From Gammaproteobacteria bacterium (GTDB lineage Bacteria > Pseudomonadota > Gammaproteobacteria > Eutrophobiales > Eutrophobiaceae), in NCBI GenBank assembly GCA_965222155.1, contig CBDCTH010000012.1, positions 160,001 through 224,000 on the forward strand: 64,000 nucleotides of DNA. Direction: 5' to 3'. Every line of letters begins with the position of its first letter. Within the stretch, counting starts at the first letter, position 1. The position numbers and the translations under genes were made by a program. Below are positions 29,297 to 39,648 of the stretch, one piece after another. Below the pieces are notes generated by a model, which saw nothing but the letters and a program-made list of their open reading frames with translations, made no database searches and was not told where the DNA came from.

Positions 29297-30331
29297 TCAA
29301 ATATGCTCAGCATCTGATAGTTTTTTAAGGTGCCTGCGCATGGCGACGCCGGGACGGTCCGCCGGCACGTCAATCTCGTAGAAGTCCGGTGTCTGGTCGG
29401 TATCCTGCATCCGGTTGATGTGTTCGATGGCGAATACATCTTCACTGAACGCCGCCTGGTTGGCCTTCAGCATGAAGGCGCCCATCTCATTGTCATCGAT
29501 ACAGAAATTGCGGCACTGGGCGTAATAATAAATGGTGGAAGTATTTGTTTCCGGCGTGATCAACTGGGCCACCTTGACCGTGGGTTGCAGCTTTTCCATT
29601 TTCTCCGGCTTATCCAGGTTTTTCAGGATACCCGTATTGACATGCAGGCCGGGGCTGACATACAGGGAACCGGAACTGCGCAGGGCTTTTTCGTTCTCCC
29701 AGCCCAGGGGCTTGGAATAAATGGGCGGCAACGCGCACTCCACGTGGCGCCATACCTCGAAATGTTCATCCTCAACCTTCGCTTCGATGGGCGCCCTGGC
29801 GTACTCCGGGGTGCCGAACGTCTTGTCATGCAGGAAGCTCAGGTGAGACAGGTCCAGCAGGTTCTCGTGCAGGTGTACGTAACTGCCCTTGATATTGAGA
29901 AAACCGATGTTTACCGCCCAGTCGGGGTGGTCGAAGTATTCCTGGTGGGGCAACAGGGCTGCGTCGGCCTGGTCCGGGTCACCCGGCCAGATCCAGATGA
30001 AGGGTCTTTTCTCGATAACGGGAAAAGCGCGTACACCGATATTATCTGGGGGTCTGCCCTGGGACGGAACAGCGATACAGCGGCCGGCGCTGTTGTACCT
30101 GAACCCGTGGTAACCGCATTCCAGGATATCACCGTGCAGCTTGCCTTCGGACAGGGGAAAAGAGCGGTGGCAGCAGCGATTCTGCAAAGCCACCGGGGCG
30201 CCGTCTTCCTTGCGGAACAACACGGTGCTGATGCCCAGGTATTGCCGGGAAAACAGTTTGCGGCCGATCTCGTTACTGCGCGCGGCCACGTACCAGGCAT
30301 TGCGAATAAGCGGGGTATCACGATTGGCCAT
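29297..30331 (-). CDS. Rieske non-heme iron oxygenase, VanA/O-demethylase-like
   Basis: Rieske CCHR..CGYHG and mononuclear Fe site ENLLDLSHLSFLH..ED. No reductase gene adjacent. Confidence 0.9.
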   Translation of the reverse strand: MANRDTPLIRNAWYVAARSNEIGRKLFSRQYLGISTVLFRKEDGAPVALQNRCCHRSFPLSEGKLHGDILECGYHGFRYNSAGRCIAVPSQGRPPDNIGVRAFPVIEKRPFIWIWPGDPDQADAALLPHQEYFDHPDWAVNIGFLNIKGSYVHLHENLLDLSHLSFLHDKTFGTPEYARAPIEAKVEDEHFEVWRHVECALPPIYSKPLGWENEKALRSSGSLYVSPGLHVNTGILKNLDKPEKMEKLQPTVKVAQLITPETNTSTIYYYAQCRNFCIDDNEMGAFMLKANQAAFSEDVFAIEHINRMQDTDQTPDFYEIDVPADRPGVAMRRHLKKLSDAEHI

Positions 30332-30368
30332 GCTCGCCGCCGAGACGGAAGCGAGTTTTTGCCGTCTT

Positions 30369-30947
30369 TCAGCTCGCAACGGATCCTATGCCTAAATGGG
30401 TTTCTATTCTGACAATACCTTCGCGCAGACTTGATATTTCGCGGCGTATGGCCATGTGCTCCGCCTGCATATCAGACCTTAACCCCTCAATCTGTGCCTG
30501 CATATCAGACCTTAACCCCTCAATCTGTGCCTGCATATCAGACCTTAACCCCTCAATCTGTGCCTCCATATCAGACCTTAACCCCTCAATCTGTGCCTCC
30601 ATATCAGTCCGTAACTGAGCAATCTGTACCCCCATGTCAGTCCGTAACTGAGCGTGTTCTTCTGCCATGGTTACCCGTAATTCGACGTGTTCCTCAACTA
30701 TGGCTACCCGCAGGTCCATGATCACCGTGTACAAGAACGTCATACCTCCGAGAACGGCTGTCAGGGCAAATGCTCCCATCCATAGCAACAAGCGAAATTC
30801 GCCACGATGAACTACGTCTTCGCGTCGACGTTCAGGAGTCGCATCTTCGAGGCGGGATGGCGCACTCGACTGCTCTGTCCCAGCACGGGTGGCGGTTCTG
30901 TCAGGGTTCATTGTATTCATTGTCGTTTCCATACGAGTCATCTCCAT
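30369..30947 (-). CDS. Membrane-anchored coiled-coil protein with 11-aa tandem repeats
   Basis: One TM helix, then (LRSDMQAQIEG)n encoded by 33-bp tandem repeats at ~30465-30660. Confidence 0.7.
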   Translation of the reverse strand: MEMTRMETTMNTMNPDRTATRAGTEQSSAPSRLEDATPERRREDVVHRGEFRLLLWMGAFALTAVLGGMTFLYTVIMDLRVAIVEEHVELRVTMAEEHAQLRTDMGVQIAQLRTDMEAQIEGLRSDMEAQIEGLRSDMQAQIEGLRSDMQAQIEGLRSDMQAEHMAIRREISSLREGIVRIETHLGIGSVAS

Positions 30948-31291
30948 GGCGTCATTAAAATATCAGCAACTTGCTCTATTATACATAATTCTGGTCGGGG
31001 GGACGGCATAAATTCCAACACATAAATTCCAACACATAAATTCCACATATATTCCATTTACGACGCCGTTAGCTTGCCCATGCTAATTCTGACAACTGTT
31101 TCACGGTAATACTGTATTGAGCGTGCCAATAGACATCCTGTTTTCTAGCAGACTGCCGGACTTTAGCAATGCATAACTTGTAACTATCTGATTTATAAGA
31201 ATATTAATAAATGATATATCTATTTGCCGGTATGACCGCTGGCGCCGTAAACGACGACCTGGTAATCAGTGCTCATCAGGTACTCCTTTTA

Positions 31292-32896
31292 TTAAGCTTG
31301 TTCGGTATAGATGTTGTTGGCGTCCGCTGCAAAAGCGTCCAGCAGAAAGCGTTCCTGTGGTTTTTCCGAAGCAGTCTTGGGGATCTCATCCACCACTTGC
31401 AGATAGCTCGGAATGAAATTGGCTTCGAGCTTGTCACGGCACAGTGCAAAAACGCTCTGGGCGTCGAAGGCTGTACCTTTTTCTGCGACAACTGCGGCCA
31501 CCACGTCTTTTTCTCCGGGCGCACCGGATGCGGCTTTAACGCCGTACACAAAGACATCGGCCACCAGCGGACTTTCCGCAACGGCTTTTTCGACAAAGCC
31601 GGGATTGATGAAGTCACCATTGTGCCGGATGCTACCGCCGGCGCGATATTCGAAGAAAAGCCAACCATCTTCATCGCAGTGACCGATATCGCCACTGCGC
31701 AACCACCCGCCGCGGGTCTTTTTCTCCGAGGCTTCGGGGCTTTTCAGGTAGTCGACGACTGGCGCCGAGCCGTCTGCGAACCGAAAGATAATCTCGCCCG
31801 ACTCATTCGGTGCACATACGTTGTCGTCCGCGTCGACGATCCGCATCTCCAGTCCCGGTGCCGGTTTACCACAGCTGCCTATCGGCCCCTCGTCGATGGG
31901 CTTGATGGTGAGCCCACCTTCGCTGGCTCCGTAGAATTCCATGACCCGCAGGTCGAAGCGGCGTTCGAAGTTCTCCCAGATCGCTTCCGGCATGCCGGCA
32001 CTCACTACACAGCGTACGGGATTGTCGGCGTCGTTCGGCTTAAGTGGTTCGCTGTAGAACTCCATCATCATGCCGCCGAGCAAGTTGAAGGTGGTACAGC
32101 CGTAGTGCCTGGTAATATCCCACAGGCGTGACTTGGTGAACTTGCGGCTGAATACGGCGCGTATGCCAAGCTTGAGCGCTGCCGCCAGTGTCAGCACCTG
32201 GGCACTACCGTGTGTCAAAGACAGTCCGGTATAGAGGCAATCGTCGGGTCGGTAACCCAACAGTCCGTGCCAGCTGGCAGCCGTTCCAAACCGTACGTGC
32301 GGGAAAACGACTCCTTTGGGATCGCCGGTGGTGCCCGAGGTGTAGATTATCTGCATGATGTCGAGCGGATCCGATACCTGAATCTCCAGGTCCGGCACGT
32401 CGCCGCTCAATACCGCTTCCAGAGCCGACACGCCGGAAAATTTGCCCGATGGTTTACCCGCTGCCTGATCGGTAGTGATCGCATTGACCCAGTTAAGGTC
32501 CGGTAAGCGCTCGCGCACGGCCTCGAGATTTTCCAGGATGTAGTCGGCGCATACGACGCCGCGGCACTCGGAATGCGACAGCATGTAGGCGAGCTTATCT
32601 CCCTTGGTGCGGGGATCGATGGGCACGAATACGGTACCGGTAATGGATGCGGCCACCATGGCCTCGACAAATTCCGGATGGTTCTGCATGACGATTGCGA
32701 AGCGATCGCCTTTTTGCATGCCCTGATCCAGCAGCGCGCCGGCAATGCGGCGGCCGTTGTCCCACAGTGCGGCATAAGTGCGCACTTCATCTTCACGCAC
32801 CCCGCCGCCCTCGAAGGTCAACACATCGAGGGCGGGGGCGGATTCGGCACGGTTGGCGATCAGGTTCGCCAGGATCAACTCATCTCTGTCCGGCAT
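31292..32896 (-). CDS. AMP-dependent acyl-CoA ligase (CaiC-like)
   Basis: YTSGTTGDPKG, FYGASEGG, RSGD and IPKTASEK motifs. Confidence 0.9.
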   Translation of the reverse strand: MPDRDELILANLIANRAESAPALDVLTFEGGGVREDEVRTYAALWDNGRRIAGALLDQGMQKGDRFAIVMQNHPEFVEAMVAASITGTVFVPIDPRTKGDKLAYMLSHSECRGVVCADYILENLEAVRERLPDLNWVNAITTDQAAGKPSGKFSGVSALEAVLSGDVPDLEIQVSDPLDIMQIIYTSGTTGDPKGVVFPHVRFGTAASWHGLLGYRPDDCLYTGLSLTHGSAQVLTLAAALKLGIRAVFSRKFTKSRLWDITRHYGCTTFNLLGGMMMEFYSEPLKPNDADNPVRCVVSAGMPEAIWENFERRFDLRVMEFYGASEGGLTIKPIDEGPIGSCGKPAPGLEMRIVDADDNVCAPNESGEIIFRFADGSAPVVDYLKSPEASEKKTRGGWLRSGDIGHCDEDGWLFFEYRAGGSIRHNGDFINPGFVEKAVAESPLVADVFVYGVKAASGAPGEKDVVAAVVAEKGTAFDAQSVFALCRDKLEANFIPSYLQVVDEIPKTASEKPQERFLLDAFAADANNIYTEQA

Positions 32897-32905
32897 GACG
32901 ATGTA

Positions 32906-33020
32906 CTAGATGAGTTTGTCGTCAATCAGGTAGGTGCCACCCTTGATCGCGAGTAGCTCGTTACAGCTGTCCTCGATCATTGACGCACGGGCATCGCGCA
33001 GCATTTTCTCGATCCGTGCG
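32906..33020 (-). pseudogene. C-terminal remnant of an acyl-CoA dehydrogenase
   Basis: IEKMLRDARASMIEDSCNELLAIKGG is the ACAD C-terminal signature; the upstream part is replaced by unrelated sequence. Confidence 0.7.
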
Positions 33021-33232
33021 ACCTCACTCAGCGGCGGCTGGGCGCCGAGCATATCGAGCTTGACCTTGGGGCTACTGGGCCAGCCGTAGATGGGGGAGAT
33101 CTCCTCTCTGTTCAGTTCTGCTGCTGCTTCTGCTTCTGGTATTGCCATGACCGTTCACATCTAAGTGTCCTTATCACCATATGTGGTTCGCCCCGGTATT
33201 GCAAGCACAATGTTCGCATTGACAAAGTGCAT

Positions 33233-33314
33233 CCAATTCCGGGGACACGATACTTAATTCACACCAATTCCGGGGACACGATACTTAATTCACGTAATTA
33301 AGTATCGTGTCCCC
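33233..33314. repeat. Direct plus inverted copies of GGGGACACGATACTTAATT
   Basis: Two 30-bp direct repeats followed by an inverted copy AATTAAGTATCGTGTCCCC. Confidence 0.8.
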
Positions 33315-33323
33315 AAAATTCCC

Positions 33324-34161
33324 ACAGACAAGCCAGGCCGCTACCTTGCAGGTATCGAATGTGATGGCGCTATGTACCATAGCTCTGCCTTTGCACGTGA
33401 GCGCGACAAAATCCGACAGTCAGTGCTGGAAAACCTTGGCTGGACGATTTTTCGAATCTGGTCAACAGACTGGTGGACGAATAAGGAGGGTGCGCTTAAG
33501 AAAATAAACGATGCTCTCCATCAATGCCTTAATGAAGCGCGAAGTAAAGAGGTCGAGCAGCAGTATGTCGATGATCCTGGTGGAGACTACACCTACCAAC
33601 AGCTATCACGCTCCGTATTCCGGATTTGAAGGCCAAGCAGGTCCAGATCCACGGAACGCAACCATTGCCCAAGTGACAGAAGGGCTGTGTAGAATAATTC
33701 AGGAAGAAGGGCCGATACTTGCCAAAAGAGCGTACGATACATATCTACGCGGATGCGGTATCCGCAGGATGGGCGGCGAACTGAAACGCATGATGAATAA
33801 AGCGCTAAGTGAGACTATACGGAAAGGTCTTATAGTTAAGCAAGATGAATGGGGTAAAGGTGGCTTAATTTACTCTATAGTTCGTTTGCCTGATACACCG
33901 CCTGTTGTTGTCAGGGAACGAGGTTCCCGCAGTTTTGACGAGATTCCACCAAGTGAACTTCAACTCGTTGCTCGTCAACTGTTCCAAGATCACAATGGTG
34001 AATTAGAACCCGACTCTAAGGCTCATTTGAGGGCTGTACTTGGAGCGTTTGACTTACGCCGGCTTACGACTCCGGTTGGTGCAAAGCTTCTCGACATTTT
34101 GCAACGTGAGTATTCTTATGTGGATGACGTTATAGATCAAAAAGAGACCCAACATCAATAA
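33324..34161 (+). pseudogene. 3' remnant of a DUF4011/SF1 helicase-Vsr-like nuclease (Hhe-type defence protein), frameshifted
   Basis: PGRYLAGIECDGAMYHSSAFARERDKIRQSVLENLGWTIFRIWSTDWW, followed in another frame by a wHTH-like tail. Confidence 0.7.
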
Positions 34162-34240
34162 AGGAACCTCTGATTAAGTCAGAGTTTCCTAAAATCATAC
34201 CTGGGAAATTTTAGCTATAAACTGGGGTTCAGTCTAAGGC

Positions 34241-36496
34241 TTAGAACGTAAATGTCACCTCGCCCCCTATAACACGGCCCTTGGCCAGGGGTGCGTAGGC
34301 GCCCCCCAAGGGGATGGGGCCGAGCCTGGATGGAAGCGGGGTATCGCCACCGTGCTTGACTTCATTCAGCAGGTTCTTGCCGTAGACTGAAAACACCCAG
34401 CGTTCGTCTCCGGAGTGAAAGTCCAGGCCAGCATCGAGGATCTTCTGTGACAGGAGATAGCCCAGGTTATTATCGGTGAAGCTCGATTCATCCCGGTAGG
34501 AGTAACTGACCCGTGAGGCGATACTACCCCAGTCGCCGACCCGCAGATGGTGCCTGAGGCCCAGGCTCCAGGTCCACTCCGCGGCGCGGGGCAGGCCCAG
34601 GTCCTTGTCCCGGCCGTCAATCACACCGTCGCTGTTGAGATCGAATCTTACTTTCCTGTACTCAGCATCCAGCCAGCCTGCTGAAGCGGTAGCCTGGAGA
34701 GCCTCCGATAGGCTGAAGGCGCCGTCCAGTTCAATGCCGAGAATCTCAGCGTCCGCGGTATTCTTGATGACCTGTACCACACCGGAGATGGGATCGGCCA
34801 GGTTGACTTCCCGCTGCATGTCTTCGATATCGTTGAAAAACAGCGCGCCGTTCAGGTAGCCTTGCCCGAAACTGAGCTTGAAGCCGATTTCATAGTTGTC
34901 AACGGTTTCCTCGTCAAACGGCCCCGGTCCGAGGTTAACGGTATCCAGGGCAGTGTTACGCAGGTTGTAGCCCCCGGACCGGAAGCCTCGAGTCCAGTGC
35001 GCGTAGAGGCGCGCCGTATCTGAGAAGTGGTAAGTCATACCCACCTTGGGCGACCAGTTGTTCCAATCTTCACTGTCAGTGAAATCGAATTGGCAGGTAC
35101 CGTCCAGCACGTTACAGGGTGAGTTTATGTTCCTGATCAGGGAAGCTATGCCGGCCTCTTTCTGTTCCGATGTGTAGCGCAATCCGGCGCTGAGCGTTAT
35201 GGACTCGCTGAGGTCATAGTCCACGGCCGCGAACACCCCGATAGTTTCCACCTCGTATTCGCCGCCGCCATCCTGGGTCAGCGCCGGTGAACCGTCCGGG
35301 GTCAACAGCCCCAGCAGGTCGCGCCGCTCATGGTAATCAATGTCGTTGTTGAAATAGTAAATCCCCGTGGTCAGGTTGAAGCGCCCGGCGAATACCCCGT
35401 GATAGCGCAGTTCATTGCTCACCTGCTCGGCCTCGGTGTACCCGCCTCCGTAGAACAGGCTGACGGGTTGGGCATCGATATCGCTCAGAAACGCCGATTC
35501 ACTGTTTCGATAGCCGAAAATGTTGGTTATGACGCCATTTTCGCCTATTTTCAAGCGCATCTCTGCAGTAACAAAATGGGTTTTCTCATTCTGCATGCCT
35601 TCCTCATTGATGGAAAAGTCATGACTGTCACGGTCAAAGTTTGCCGGTGTCCCGTTTATCCCGAGGCCATTGGTATGTGCCTGCGAAGCGGAACCGTCAC
35701 CTTCGTTTTCGAGGTATTGATAGCGCACAACCAGTTCCAGATTTTCACCGGGTTTCCAGACCACTACGGGGCGAATCATGATCTGTTCCAGTGCGCCGAA
35801 GTCATCACCGGAAAATTTATTCTCGAACCAGCCGTCATCATCGTTATAGTACCCTGTGACCCCGACGCTCAGCGTGTCACTGACCGGTCCCCCCATACTG
35901 CCCATCAGGTACTTGTTCAGACCGCCGTCGCCGCCACCGTCCAGCGCGGTGCGCACGCGGGCCTTGAACTCGTCACCGGGTTTCCTGGTATTCACCAGGA
36001 TGGCGCCGCCGGTCACGTTACGCCCGAACAGGATGCCCTGGGGGCCGCGCAGGACCTGGATGCTTTCCAGGTCAAACAGGTCGAAAGCGGCACCGCTGTT
36101 CGTCCCCAGATAAACGCCGTCCACAAATACGCCGACGGTGGGGTCGATGGACGGGATGGAACTGTTGACTCCAAGGCCGCGTATGGAAAAGTTGGCTATT
36201 CCCCTGGCGGTGCCCACCTCATCCAGGGCCACGTTGGGCATGCTTACGGCCAGGTCGGTCAGCCCGCGTATTTTTCGTGCCTCGATCTGGCTGGCCCCCA
36301 GCGCGCTGACCGAAAGCGGCACATCGAACACCGTTTCCTCCCGCTTGCGCGCGGTCACCACCACCTCTTCCAGCATGGGGAGCATATCGCTATGTTGCTG
36401 GCTTTCCTGTGCCTGCGCAGCCGGTGCGGCGACAGCGCCGCTCAAAATCATGAACACGGCTGACAGCGTTGGGAGACAACAGTTATGACTGACCAT
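34241..36496 (-). CDS. TonB-dependent receptor
   Basis: LEEVVVTARKREE, QVLRGPQGILFGRNVTGG, terminal Phe. Confidence 0.93.
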   Translation of the reverse strand: MVSHNCCLPTLSAVFMILSGAVAAPAAQAQESQQHSDMLPMLEEVVVTARKREETVFDVPLSVSALGASQIEARKIRGLTDLAVSMPNVALDEVGTARGIANFSIRGLGVNSSIPSIDPTVGVFVDGVYLGTNSGAAFDLFDLESIQVLRGPQGILFGRNVTGGAILVNTRKPGDEFKARVRTALDGGGDGGLNKYLMGSMGGPVSDTLSVGVTGYYNDDDGWFENKFSGDDFGALEQIMIRPVVVWKPGENLELVVRYQYLENEGDGSASQAHTNGLGINGTPANFDRDSHDFSINEEGMQNEKTHFVTAEMRLKIGENGVITNIFGYRNSESAFLSDIDAQPVSLFYGGGYTEAEQVSNELRYHGVFAGRFNLTTGIYYFNNDIDYHERRDLLGLLTPDGSPALTQDGGGEYEVETIGVFAAVDYDLSESITLSAGLRYTSEQKEAGIASLIRNINSPCNVLDGTCQFDFTDSEDWNNWSPKVGMTYHFSDTARLYAHWTRGFRSGGYNLRNTALDTVNLGPGPFDEETVDNYEIGFKLSFGQGYLNGALFFNDIEDMQREVNLADPISGVVQVIKNTADAEILGIELDGAFSLSEALQATASAGWLDAEYRKVRFDLNSDGVIDGRDKDLGLPRAAEWTWSLGLRHHLRVGDWGSIASRVSYSYRDESSFTDNNLGYLLSQKILDAGLDFHSGDERWVFSVYGKNLLNEVKHGGDTPLPSRLGPIPLGGAYAPLAKGRVIGGEVTFTF

Positions 36497-36700
36497 CTCA
36501 TCTACCCTCCTCCACTACCTGGGGAAATCGGTACAAATAATAGTTATAGGTCATACCTTCAACATACGTTATAGGCTACCCGATGAAACACATGCCAACA
36601 TTATATTACTTTCCTGGATGGCTTACAGGTTATTTGTTGACAACACCCATGATATAATATCTGTGCCTGATTTCAATACTCACGTTGGTATGGAGACGCC

Positions 36701-37505
36701 ATGAAGACACAAGATCTGTTCGGTTCCTTCTTTGACCCCCAAGACAAATGGTTGGCTAAACTGGGCGATCCGTTGCAGCGCAACACGCGGGCGGAGAATG
36801 CGTTGATTAAGGGGGGTGAGACAGCGACGGACTGGCGTGAGGTGAAGCAGCGCCAGAAGGATACGCAGGCGCGTTGGACGAAGCAGCACGGCAAAGCGTA
36901 TTTTGGCTATAAGAATCACGTGAATGTGGACCGGGCGCACAAGCTGATACGGACCTATGAGGTGACGGCGGCGAATGTGCATGACTCGCAGAAGTTGGAT
37001 GCGTTACTGGATGCAGGTAACAGCAGCAAGGCCGTGTGGGCGGACAGCGCCTGGCGTTCGGCAGAGCAGGCGGGACGCTTACGGGATAAGAGGTATCGCA
37101 GTCACATCCAGCGCAAGGGGACGCGCACCCGGCCGTTGACGGCCCGGGAGAAACAAGGCAATCGCACCCGGGCGAAGGTGCGGGCTCGGGTGGAGCATGT
37201 ATTTGGCGCGCAGTGCATGTTACGGGCGAAGGCGCTACGTTGTATCGGGCCGGCGCGCAGTGAGTTAGCCATTGGGATGATGAATCTGGTGTACAACATG
37301 CGGCGCTTGTGTTGTCTGCAAGGGGTCCATGCACCGGCCTGACGGAGACAACGCCTGACCGGTGTCAAACCGACACCTGAAGGCCGCAAACAGGCCCCAT
37401 TAACGGGTGGATGAAGGCGCATTCGGCAGCCCATTGCATATATTTGGAACCCGCTGGCCTTCTCATACAGTACAGCATCTGGAAACGTCAATTAATAGAG
37501 GTTCC
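36701..37505 (+). mobile_element. IS5-family element remnant; transposase 36701..37342 has an internal deletion
   Basis: The N-terminus (FFD..KLGDPL) is fused directly to KDTQARWTKQHGKAYFGYKNH..ADSA..RARVEHVF. Right end AGAGGTTCC at 37497-37505; no left end seen. Confidence 0.85.
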
Positions 37506-37543
37506 CTCTACAATGTGTTCTTTCCAGGAAAATACCATTAATC

Positions 37544-39103
37544 ATGCACAATAACCGGAACCTGTTTTCATATTGCCTGCAAGGTAAGGAGAATAATCAC
37601 GACAAAGTCGCTGTTTATGCCGGGGACAAGACTCACAGCTATGCTGACCTGGCAAAGGCTTCCGCGTGCTATGCCAATACACTGATGGATCTGGGTGTCA
37701 GGCCGGGCGACAGGCTCTGCGCCTGTATCGATAAATCAATCGACAATATATTTCTGTACCTGGCTTGCCTGCGGGCGGGGATTGTCTATCAGCCGTTAAA
37801 TCCTGCATTTCGACCTGCCGAGGTTGATTATTACCTGGCAGATGCGAGTCCGGCTATGGTGGTCTGCTCAACGCTGAATGAAGACTGGGTAAGGGCTGCG
37901 GCAAAGCGTGCCGATATCGAACGGGTGCTGACCCTTGATCGGGACGGGACCGGTACCCTGGCTGCCGGCGCCAACAGAGCGGCAAGTGATTTTTCGACCT
38001 GGCGCTGCAATGGTCCCGAGCTTGCCTGCCTGCTGTATTCTTCCGGCACCACGGGGAAACCCAAGGGCATAAAACTCAGTCACGATAATCTCGCTGCCAA
38101 CGTCAGAACACTGGTTGACCTGTGGGGTTTCACAACCACTGACGTGTTGATACATGCCTTACCCCTGTTCCACGTTCACGGCTTGTTCGTTGCATTGGGT
38201 TGTGTCCTTACCGCAGGCGCCTCTCTCCACCTGCTGGATAAATTCGACGCAGGGGAAATAATCGGCCTGTTGCCCGAGGCTACGGTGTTGATGGGAGTCC
38301 CCACCTTTTACACTCGCTTACTGCAATGCCCCGGATTAACCGCAGGCGCGTGCAGTTCCATGCGTCTGTTCATCTGCGGCTCAGCGCCGCTGCACGAGAA
38401 TACGTTTAATCAATTCAGACAACAAACAGGTCATGCCATCCTCGAACGTTATGGCACGTCGGAGACCGGCATGAGTACCTCGAACCCGTTCAATGGGGAA
38501 CGCAAGGCCGGCGCGGTCGGCAAACCCCTGCCTGATGTCCTGGTCAAAATAGTTGATGATGACGGTAATCAGGTAGCGGAAGATGGTATCGGTGAGATAT
38601 TGGTGAAAGGCCCCAATGTTTTCTCCGGTTACTGGAACCTGGATAGCGCAAACAAGAGCGCTTTCACCGCTGACGGTTATTACCGTACCGGGGACCTGGC
38701 AAAACGGGGCGTCGATGGATATATCCGCATAGTCGGTCGCGCCAAAGACATGATTATCAGCGGTGGCGAGAATATCTATCCGAAAGAGATTGAGCAATGC
38801 CTGGACCGCATCGAAGGTGTCAGTGAGTCGGCCGTCGTCGGTCTTGATGATGCGGACCTGGGTGAAAGAGTGGTCGCCGTTCTGGTGACGAACCCGGATT
38901 GCCGGTTGGATGAAGCAGGAATTATTGCCGGGCTGAAAACGCAACTGGCCGGGTTCAAGGTTCCCAAACAAATTTGTTTGGTGGACGAACTGCCGCGTAA
39001 TACAATGGGCAAAGTACAAAAGAATAAGTTGAGGGAAACTCTGACCGAGTGCATTCCCGTATCAGGTACGGGACGGGTTCGGTACTTGTCAGAGGTTCCT
39101 TAA
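37544..39103 (+). CDS. matB: Malonyl-CoA synthetase-like acyl-CoA ligase
   Basis: YSSGTTGKPKG, HALPLFHVHGL, ERYGTSET and LPRNTMGKVQKN motifs. Confidence 0.85.
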   Translation: MHNNRNLFSYCLQGKENNHDKVAVYAGDKTHSYADLAKASACYANTLMDLGVRPGDRLCACIDKSIDNIFLYLACLRAGIVYQPLNPAFRPAEVDYYLADASPAMVVCSTLNEDWVRAAAKRADIERVLTLDRDGTGTLAAGANRAASDFSTWRCNGPELACLLYSSGTTGKPKGIKLSHDNLAANVRTLVDLWGFTTTDVLIHALPLFHVHGLFVALGCVLTAGASLHLLDKFDAGEIIGLLPEATVLMGVPTFYTRLLQCPGLTAGACSSMRLFICGSAPLHENTFNQFRQQTGHAILERYGTSETGMSTSNPFNGERKAGAVGKPLPDVLVKIVDDDGNQVAEDGIGEILVKGPNVFSGYWNLDSANKSAFTADGYYRTGDLAKRGVDGYIRIVGRAKDMIISGGENIYPKEIEQCLDRIEGVSESAVVGLDDADLGERVVAVLVTNPDCRLDEAGIIAGLKTQLAGFKVPKQICLVDELPRNTMGKVQKNKLRETLTECIPVSGTGRVRYLSEVP

Positions 39104-39116
39104 GGGATACCTGGAA

Positions 39117-39280
39117 CAGGTGCTCCCGCTAACTCGAGGTCAATACAGGGCAAGGGTGGACAGATTTAAATCTGTCCCCAAGGGGTCTCCCCAAGGGGGC
39201 ATGTTTCCCTGGAAGGGAGGGCGTCTCGTCCTCCATGAGGGCAGGATGCCCTCGATCCCGGGAGTTAGCGGGAATTGCTG
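39117..39280. mobile_element. MITE family A with 9-bp TSD
   Basis: Same ends and internal hairpins as 21466..21634; flanks TACCTGGAA / TACCTGGAG. Confidence 0.85.
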
Positions 39281-39324
39281 TACCTGGAGCAGTACCACAA
39301 AAACGAGCAGGAGTAATACCGGCT

Positions 39325-39648
39325 TTGAAATTAAAGGAGCAACTCAGGCGATTATCCGCGTCAGAAAAATACCGCGCGCATGCCAATAAGCACAGGCGGG
39401 TAATCTACCTGTTAACGGGAGTCGCTGTTTTTCAATACAGTCTTTATTTCCTTGTCATAGCCTGGGCGACAGGACTGGCGGGGACGCTCTGGCCGACCGG
39501 CAGCGCCGTCAGCGTGATCATCTGGCTGACTGTACTCATTATTTTGCTGAGCGTCGTCATTTCGTGGGGGTATATATGGTGGACCGGCCGTTACCATGAC
39601 CCGGAGAGAGAGGCGATTATGAGGGAACTGGGGCTCCGACATGAATAG
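39325..39648 (+). CDS. DUF485 (YjcH-like) small membrane protein, ActP partner
   Basis: Two TM helices, YIWW..YHDP C-terminus, overlaps the actP start. TTG start inferred from AGGAG. Confidence 0.75.
   Translation: MKLKEQLRRLSASEKYRAHANKHRRVIYLLTGVAVFQYSLYFLVIAWATGLAGTLWPTGSAVSVIIWLTVLIILLSVVISWGYIWWTGRYHDPEREAIMRELGLRHE

Noticed and set aside
29330-30412. 360-aa plus-strand ORF (and similar ones at 31211, 35330 and the minus-strand ORF at 3550)
   Set aside because: They are antisense to well-supported genes and have no recognisable motifs.
30465-30660. 33-bp direct repeats resembling a CRISPR array
   Set aside because: The repeats are contiguous with no spacers and in frame within a CDS; no cas genes are present.
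33233-33314. Two 30-bp direct repeats as a mini-CRISPR
   Set aside because: The spacer is only 1 nt and an inverted copy follows, which fits a REP-like cluster.
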